From IMG/VR virus record IMGVR_UViG_3300028591_000176, positions 12,970 to 76,969 of that record: DNA of 64,000 bases; one strand, written 5' to 3'. Position numbers and translations under genes: made by a program. The first letter of the stretch is position 1; every line of letters starts with the position of its first letter. Below the pieces are notes generated by a model. It worked only from the letters and a program-made list of their open reading frames with translations. It did no database searches and was not told the origin of the DNA. The DNA comes from a virus (taxonomy: Duplodnaviria > Caudoviricetes). Positions 58,971 through 64,000 of this stretch are shown in pieces.

Positions 58971-59270
58971 TTACTTCGATTTTACGTTCAACCAGCCGCC
59001 GTCAAGCATAACGTCAACTGCAACCGATATAGTGAGTTCTTTTAAACATACATCCATAAAAGCTCCCTTGTCGTCGTGTGCATTCAACAAATCCACTAAT
59101 ACATCGAGCGGATTTTCATAGCCAAACGACTTCATTTCCAGAAATCTTTTTCATATGTGAGCTGTCAACATTTCATAATCTTCATCGCTAAAACTTTCGT
59201 GAAACATCCTGTTCGTTTCAATTAGCCTTTCGGTTAACTCTTCATCCGTCATTTCAACTTTCTTTCCCAT
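58971..59270 (-). pseudogene. 99-codon reading frame interrupted by one in-frame TGA
   Basis: TGA at 59151-59153; the frame continues KRFLEMKSFGYEN... Confidence 0.45.
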
Positions 59271-59284
59271 AGTTTTCTATTTTT

Positions 59285-59539
59285 TTAGTTTAAGTCGTTT
59301 TCATTCACAGCTTCTTTCTTGTCCGCCTCCTGACATTCAATGAGCGCGGCGCAAAACATTTTCACAACTTCCTTCTTGTCTGCATTTAAATTGCGCGCAA
59401 GGTCATCCAAGAACGAATCCACAACGGCAGTTACAACCGTCAACGCATTTTCAAGGTCTGCATCTGTAGCAGCCAGTCCATAACCAAGCGCATGGCGAAT
59501 AAATCCGACAAGCGCAATAAACTTTTTCTCTGTTTCCAT
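59285..59539 (-). CDS. Small helical hypothetical protein
   Basis: 84-aa ORF. Confidence 0.6.
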   Translation of the reverse strand: METEKKFIALVGFIRHALGYGLAATDADLENALTVVTAVVDSFLDDLARNLNADKKEVVKMFCAALIECQEADKKEAVNENDLN

Positions 59540-59569
59540 AATTCTTTTGTTTTGGTTGTTAATAATAAA

Positions 59570-60004
59570 TTATTTCTTATATTTGTTATATTCTTCGTTT
59601 GCATCATAGCCAAGAACGTCATTACACAACTGGTCGCAAAGCTCATTGTACTTGTTTCCACTGTGACCACGTATCCATGCCCATTCCACTTCGCACTTTT
59701 TATGTTTCATAATCTCATCGAACTTGTCGAACAGGTCGTTGTTCGCATTCCTTGCCCATGTGTCGAACAAAGTATGCAGGGCATACTGCGAATCACTTAT
59801 AACCTTTATGCGCTTTGCACCTGCTGGCAAATGATAGATGCCTGCAATGATAGCCTTTAGTTCTGCACGGTTGTTTGTCTCATTGGTGATTTTCTTTGAA
59901 AAGCGTTTCACCTCATTGCCATCCTTGTCGAGCATAACGTACGCAAAAGCACCTTCATTATGCTTTCTTGAATAAGCTCCATCTGTGTAAATTGTGTAGT
60001 CCAT
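59570..60004 (-). CDS. rnhA: Ribonuclease HI
   Basis: IYTDGA, TNNRAELKA, SDSQY, WIRGHSGNKYNELCD. Confidence 0.93.
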   Translation of the reverse strand: MDYTIYTDGAYSRKHNEGAFAYVMLDKDGNEVKRFSKKITNETNNRAELKAIIAGIYHLPAGAKRIKVISDSQYALHTLFDTWARNANNDLFDKFDEIMKHKKCEVEWAWIRGHSGNKYNELCDQLCNDVLGYDANEEYNKYKK

Positions 60005-60011
60005 ATTTTTG

Positions 60012-60230
60012 TTATTTTACTTTGATTGTTATTTCAATTTCTTTGGGACTGTTTTCAAAGGTAAGCTCTGGTATAAAACTTTCATCTACACAACCTCGCA
60101 TGTTTTTGAATGAAGACCAATATCCATCGTTTGTTGCGTTTAATGTAGGCTTTTCTGCATACAGCCATACCGTGTTCGCGCTATCGCCTTTGTCGTGCGA
60201 AGCCCATAGTTTAAATTTCTTTTCTTCCAT
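60012..60230 (-). CDS. Small hypothetical protein
   Basis: 72 aa; IPELTFENSPKEIEI. Confidence 0.65.
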   Translation of the reverse strand: MEEKKFKLWASHDKGDSANTVWLYAEKPTLNATNDGYWSSFKNMRGCVDESFIPELTFENSPKEIEITIKVK

Positions 60231-60249
60231 ATTCTTGTTATTTGTTTAA

Positions 60250-60682
60250 ATTATGCACACTAGAACCTTTATGCTTATGTATAAAATAAGCGTGTTCACT
60301 CGAATGCTTTTCTACTTTACTGCCTTGTAGTTCGAGTTACAGCCTTTCATAGACACGTATGCTTTCCGTGTTTGTTTCATCTGTTTACCAACCTTTCGGC
60401 ATAAGCACCCGTTGTCAGGTTTCGGACAGCGCGGGATTTTTGGCTTGCAGACATATCCAATCAGACTATTTGTGTAAAGAAGCAGTTTTATATATGACTG
60501 GCAAAGTCAACGGGACTGCACTGTTTGAACCCTATGTCTTTGTGAAAACAAGAAAGCCGAACCATGTATAAACAAAAATCCAACCGATGTTGCCGCACCT
60601 GTTGGAAATTTGATATGTAGTTCAGCTTTCGCCTATCTACTTTTCTCTTATGTCCGTTACTACAAGTCGGCAACCTTGTTTC
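60250..60682 (-). ncRNA. Candidate structured non-coding leader/RNA
   Basis: ~450 nt between promoter (TATCTTTG at 60689-60696) and first credible ATG; kissing-loop pair and several GAAA-capped stems. Confidence 0.45.
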
Positions 60683-60753
60683 ACGATGCAAAGATACAAA
60701 CTATTATTTATTCCGCAATGGATTAATAACATTATTTAACCTTTTTATGGGCA

Positions 60754-61191
60754 TTAGAAAGGTTTTTTATGCTTACGGAACTTGTTTAGCAGCTTTTCCC
60801 ACCAAGGTTCATCTTTTAATTCAGCGATAACGTAGCTGCCGTATTCGCCGCGAACAACACTAACAACCTCTATGTTGTCGTATGGGTTGAACTCCATCCC
60901 GACGGCTTGGTCTGGCGACACGTAATCTAAGTACAGGTCTACCTCTTCTTTTGTGGCCAGCCTTAACGACTTTTCTTCACCGCCATAGCAGCTTATGTAG
61001 TCTGCATACCACAAACGTTCGTACACGCCGTTCTTGTCTTTCTCTCCCATGTCGCTATCACGGATGCAGTTGATGGCAACATCGAAATGGCCTGTGCAGT
61101 CGCATAGTGCTATTGCGCGCAGGTTTTTCTCTTCGATTTGATTCTTCCATGACATAAATGCCAGTGTTGTAAATCTCTTTTTCTTTTTCAT
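60754..61191 (-). CDS. Hypothetical protein
   Basis: Probable start MKKKKR overlapping the upstream TGA. Confidence 0.65.
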   Translation of the reverse strand: MKKKKRFTTLAFMSWKNQIEEKNLRAIALCDCTGHFDVAINCIRDSDMGEKDKNGVYERLWYADYISCYGGEEKSLRLATKEEVDLYLDYVSPDQAVGMEFNPYDNIEVVSVVRGEYGSYVIAELKDEPWWEKLLNKFRKHKKPF

Positions 61192-61505
61192 ACTTGTAAA
61201 TGTTTTGATTGTAAATACTTCTGGCAACGTGCCAGCTCTTCTTTTATGTCGTTAATTTCATCCTCGAGGCTTTTTCGTTTACGCTTATACTCTGGCTTGC
61301 ATCTTGCCAGTTTGATTTCGACATCATGCAGCCGTTCGTTAAGCGAGTGTACATACCTGAAAAACTCACGTTCACGCTCTAGTGCTTTGTCGGCCTGTCT
61401 TTCTGCATCCCAATAGTCCGTGCCTACAAAGCAGCCTTGTGCGCTTTCATCAATGCATTCGTCAATGTAATCATCGATAAATAAAGGGTTTATCATGTTA
61501 CTCAT
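61188..61505 (-). CDS. Coiled-coil hypothetical protein
   Basis: 105-aa ORF. Confidence 0.65.
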   Translation of the reverse strand: MSNMINPLFIDDYIDECIDESAQGCFVGTDYWDAERQADKALEREREFFRYVHSLNERLHDVEIKLARCKPEYKRKRKSLEDEINDIKEELARCQKYLQSKHLQV

Positions 61506-61550
61506 ATCGATTTGTTTTGTTTAGCATTTGCTACCATTTGCTAGCACTTG

Positions 61551-61970
61551 CTAGCATTTACTACATAGTATCTTTATTCCTTTCCATACAAAGAATCCGC
61601 TTACAATAATGTTTGCAATAACAATCGCATACACATATTCAGGGTATAGTTCTACCGTTATGAAATATTCTTTTTCTGCTAGTTGTATTGCCAAGTATAC
61701 GATTGCAAGCTTATTCCATACGCACGTCTCAACAGCAACGCTGATGGTAAGCAGTATGATTAACGTTATTACATTATATTCAAAGTACTGACCAATAAAC
61801 CATGATATGGGCTTGCTTGGAATATAGCTGCCATTCAGTAACACAAAATTAGATGATGACAAAGAAATCAATGTTTCTATATATGAAATAAGTACGATTA
61901 AGCAGACGGCAAAAGGTAACATTTTGCCAATATTAATAAGCAACACTCTTGAACGATGAACGATATTCAT
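61551..61970 (-). CDS. Polytopic membrane protein (about 4 TM)
   Basis: 139 aa, four hydrophobic segments. Confidence 0.6.
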   Translation of the reverse strand: MNIVHRSRVLLINIGKMLPFAVCLIVLISYIETLISLSSSNFVLLNGSYIPSKPISWFIGQYFEYNVITLIILLTISVAVETCVWNKLAIVYLAIQLAEKEYFITVELYPEYVYAIVIANIIVSGFFVWKGIKILCSKC

Positions 61971-62149
61971 TTCTTTCGTATTTTGACTTTAAATGTTGCT
62001 CCAACGTCTGCTGGCGGTCTTCCTTGTATTTTTCTTAATGCGAGCGTATCAGGCTTTGCCACTCTAGTTGCATCATTCTTCTGCACTAGCCTGACATCCT
62101 GCCTGAATACTATCTTGCGTTTACGCTTACGCCTTGCTCTAGCCATCAA
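61967..62149 (-). CDS. Small basic protein
   Basis: 60 aa, Arg/Lys-rich, directly after tRNA. Confidence 0.5.
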   Translation of the reverse strand: MMARARRKRKRKIVFRQDVRLVQKNDATRVAKPDTLALRKIQGRPPADVGATFKVKIRKK

Positions 62150-62162
62150 TTATATCTTTTTG

Positions 62163-62245
62163 CGGAAGGTGAGGGACTCGAACCCCCGAAACCTTTTGGC
62201 TTTACACATTAGCAGCGTGTCGCCTTACCACTCAGCCAACCTTCC
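62163..62245 (-). tRNA. tRNA-Ser (anticodon GCT), CCA not encoded
   Basis: Acceptor GGAAGGT/ACCTTCC, G73, anticodon stem ACACG/TGTGT with loop CTGCTAA, long variable arm, T-loop TTCGAGT. Confidence 0.92.
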
Positions 62246-62250
62246 TAAAA

Positions 62251-62279
62251 GTCGCTACTACTTTCACAAGCCTTGCGAC
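62251..62279 (-). promoter_or_regulatory. GNRA/bulged-G hairpin, copy B
   Basis: GTCGC AAG G CTT GTGA AAG T AGTA GCGAC then TTTT. Confidence 0.6.
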
Positions 62280-62325
62280 AACGTTTAGTCAACATTATTA
62301 ACTTAAAACCCTAATCAGAAAAGAA

Positions 62326-62358
62326 ATAGTCTACTGAACTTCACAGCCTTTCGACTAT
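62326..62358 (-). promoter_or_regulatory. GNRA/bulged-G hairpin, copy A
   Basis: ATAGTC GAA AGG CT GTGA AG TTC AGTA GACTAT then TTCTTTT. Confidence 0.55.
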
Positions 62359-62396
62359 GTTATACATTAATCACTTAAACATTGTAAAAGGTGGTG

Positions 62397-62428
62397 CAAA
62401 GATAATGACTATTTTTCATATAGCCAAA
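62397..62428 (-). promoter_or_regulatory. Bacteroidota promoter driving the tRNA unit
   Basis: TTTG (62425-62428), 20-nt spacer, TATCTTTG (62397-62404). Confidence 0.75.
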
Positions 62429-62447
62429 TATTTTTGCAATTATTTTG

Positions 62448-62490
62448 TCCGTGCGGCAGGAATCGAACCTACCGCAAGTACCATACACGG
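62448..62490 (-). ncRNA. tRNA-like minihelix (acceptor + T-arm only)
   Basis: CCGT..GCGGTAGG-TTCGATT-CCTGCCGC ACGG-A. Confidence 0.45.
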
Positions 62491-62491
62491 T

Positions 62492-62650
62492 TTATTTCAT
62501 CAACAATTCAATCCTTGCAGGGAGAACTTTATGCTGGTTGCATTCATCACAGCATATCCCGTTGTTCGTGAACGGCCATGCGTTATTGCCATAGCCAGTG
62601 AACTCTTTGCCGCAAAGGCAGCACACTTTCTTTTCTTCTTTCTTTTCCAT
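62492..62650 (-). CDS. 52-aa Cys-rich Zn-binding protein
   Basis: CCLCGKEFTGYGNNAWPF...CCDECN; translated by hand. Confidence 0.7.
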   Translation of the reverse strand: MEKKEEKKVCCLCGKEFTGYGNNAWPFTNNGICCDECNQHKVLPARIELLMK

Positions 62651-62744
62651 ATTGCTTATTGATTATTTTAAAGCCATACAAGAGGCTTTTGTTGTGCAGG
62701 TGGGTAGTTATTCCACAACACACAAGAAAGCCAGCCACAAGCCT

Positions 62745-63044
62745 TTAAAAGTTGGTTATATCAATTTCCTCTACCCTAGTATACGTTAGCTTTCCCTTAT
62801 GGCCACGTTCCGCAAGTTCTACCATCAGTTCACGCGGAGTAAAATCATGCAGACGAAGCTTACGGGCATCCTGCTGCATTTCCGTTTCTCTGTTTTCACG
62901 TTCCAAGCGATTCTTTCTTCTTGTTTCCATGCGCTTGGCCTCGGAACAGGTGTTACATACAGAACATCTTGTGTTGTGGCATGTCATTCTGAACTCTTCG
63001 ATAGGAAGTTCACGACCGCAGTCTTTGCAAATTCTCGTTTCCAT
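62745..63044 (-). CDS. Zn-finger hypothetical protein
   Basis: CKDCGRELPIEEF...CSVCNTC. Confidence 0.75.
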   Translation of the reverse strand: METRICKDCGRELPIEEFRMTCHNTRCSVCNTCSEAKRMETRRKNRLERENRETEMQQDARKLRLHDFTPRELMVELAERGHKGKLTYTRVEEIDITNF

Positions 63045-63057
63045 GTCTTTATTGTTT

Positions 63058-63222
63058 TTAGTTGTCGTTTAATATACTATCCATCTGCTCCTGTGTAACC
63101 TCGTAGATTACTCTTATGCCCGAAGGATTCTTCTTTACCTCGAACTCAAAGGTAAACGGCGTGTGTCTGAGCATGTTCGCAATATTCTGTATAAGTTGCT
63201 CTTTTTGTTCTTCTTTTGTCAT
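63058..63222 (-). CDS. Small hypothetical protein
   Basis: Probable start MTKEEQK. Confidence 0.55.
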   Translation of the reverse strand: MTKEEQKEQLIQNIANMLRHTPFTFEFEVKKNPSGIRVIYEVTQEQMDSILNDN

Positions 63223-63235
63223 AATTTGCTTGTTA

Positions 63236-63475
63236 TTAATTGTTATAGATTTCATTTGCCCTATCGACAAGACGCTGCCTGCATCGTGTGTCAAGCTCTG
63301 AATACCATAGCAGTTCACGTCCTGCGCCGTAGTCCTCCCACTTTGAAAAGATGTGCGCACCAAGGTTGTCTCCAAACAGGTGGCAAGCCTCACTTATACT
63401 CCACTTGTTGAACACGTACCACATAAACGTGGTTACATCATTGTATTTCTTTTCCATGTTAGTAATCATAATCAT
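63236..63475 (-). CDS. Small hypothetical protein
   Basis: 79-aa ORF. Confidence 0.6.
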   Translation of the reverse strand: MIMITNMEKKYNDVTTFMWYVFNKWSISEACHLFGDNLGAHIFSKWEDYGAGRELLWYSELDTRCRQRLVDRANEIYNN

Positions 63476-63634
63476 AATTGTGTTTTAAATGCTAGCGACC
63501 ATGCAGCCGCCAGCGCGCGGGGTGGGGTGTCGATAGTGTTTATTTTCTGAATCCGCGCCCGCCCATACGGATGAGGTCGCCGTTGAGTATGCACCCAAGG
63601 AGACCAATGATAACGATGATTGCCATATCTTTTT

Positions 63635-63952
63635 TTATTTGTTTGATGTGAATGATTTTCTTATTGATTGTATATATGCACATAACTTGTTAGACAAAGC
63701 CCTGTTGTCCGCGCCAAGGCTGAAATCCCACCCACGGAACAACTTGCCATCTTCGTCCATTTCCTGATAGTCTTGCATCTTCGCAAGAATCATTTCCTTT
63801 CTGCCGCATCGCGTACGTATGCGCCCCCAATTCCAACGCTCAACGTTCTTTTGTTTCGTCTCGTCTGGAAACACCTGTCGCAATACGCGCAAGAATACCT
63901 GTACGTCACGCGATGCCTGATGCCGCTGACGTTTTGCTTCACCTCTTTCCAT
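63635..63952 (-). CDS. Hypothetical protein
   Basis: 105-aa ORF near window end. Confidence 0.55.
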   Translation of the reverse strand: MERGEAKRQRHQASRDVQVFLRVLRQVFPDETKQKNVERWNWGRIRTRCGRKEMILAKMQDYQEMDEDGKLFRGWDFSLGADNRALSNKLCAYIQSIRKSFTSNK

Positions 63953-64000
63953 AGCTTCTTTCTCTTTTTCTTCTTTTTCTTTTTTGGTTGCAGTTTCTTT

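Noticed and set aside
60440-60545. Group I intron core or self-cleaving ribozyme (GACTA motif)
   Set aside because: No matching P7 partner, no CUGANGA/GAAA hammerhead core and no interrupted host gene
62163-62245. Reading the tRNA anticodon as CTA (amber suppressor)
   Set aside because: Only the ACACG/TGTGT stem pairs, which places U33 correctly and gives GCT; G73 and the long variable arm fit Ser
57420-62300. AACATTAT(T)AA near three promoters as an operator
   Set aside because: AT-rich context makes chance matches likely; not palindromic; no repressor identified
54340-63510. GGCTGCATG shared by two GC-rich intergenic patches (about 54345 and 63500, minus strand)
   Set aside because: Only 9 nt with no shared flanking structure; within chance expectation
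1-64000. Alternative genetic code (TAG/TGA recoding)
   Set aside because: Core genes are full length in the standard code and end in TAG, TGA and TAA; coding density is high
1-64000. CRISPR array, integrase, repressor, reverse transcriptase or DGR template repeat
   Set aside because: No regularly spaced repeats and no recognizable motifs seen; lifestyle cannot be called from this window

Overview
The window is a contiguous stretch of a long-tailed dsDNA phage genome (siphovirus-like Caudoviricetes; no tail sheath gene seen), standard genetic code. The host is very likely Bacteroidota (Prevotella/Bacteroides-like), because every transcription unit begins at a TAnnTTTG(-7)/TTTG(-33) promoter. 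Layout: (1) a +strand replication block (AEP primase-SF4 helicase fusion, SSB-like) at 1-3.9 kb; (2) a -strand head/tail operon (scaffold, decoration, major capsid, connectors, tail tube, frameshifted chaperone, 2080-aa tape measure) at 4.0-17.5 kb; (3) a divergent +strand operon with terminase, portal, lysis cassette and several receptor-binding proteins at 17.7-37.0 kb, ending in a gene with a DGR-type variable region but no template repeat or reverse transcriptase in the window; (4) a self-contained six-gene +strand operon of unknown function at 37.1-40.2 kb (Gly-rich/Cys-Cys-Cys coiled-coil protein through to a HExxH metallopeptidase); (5) a -strand early/DNA-metabolism region at 40.2-64 kb (two NUMOD4-HNH endonucleases, RusA, beta-clamp, dUTPase, RecT/YqaJ, RNase HI, many small ORFs, tRNA-Ser). 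No integrase, repressor, DNA polymerase or CRISPR array is visible. Best candidates for undescribed biology: the six-gene operon; four covarying GNRA + bulged-G (AGUA/GAA) terminator-like hairpins; two independent kissing-loop leaders behind promoters, one heading a ~450-nt non-coding region upstream of RNase H; the orphan DGR target; and a tail spike ending in a metallophosphoesterase. Family assignments come from motif recognition by eye, not from database searches.
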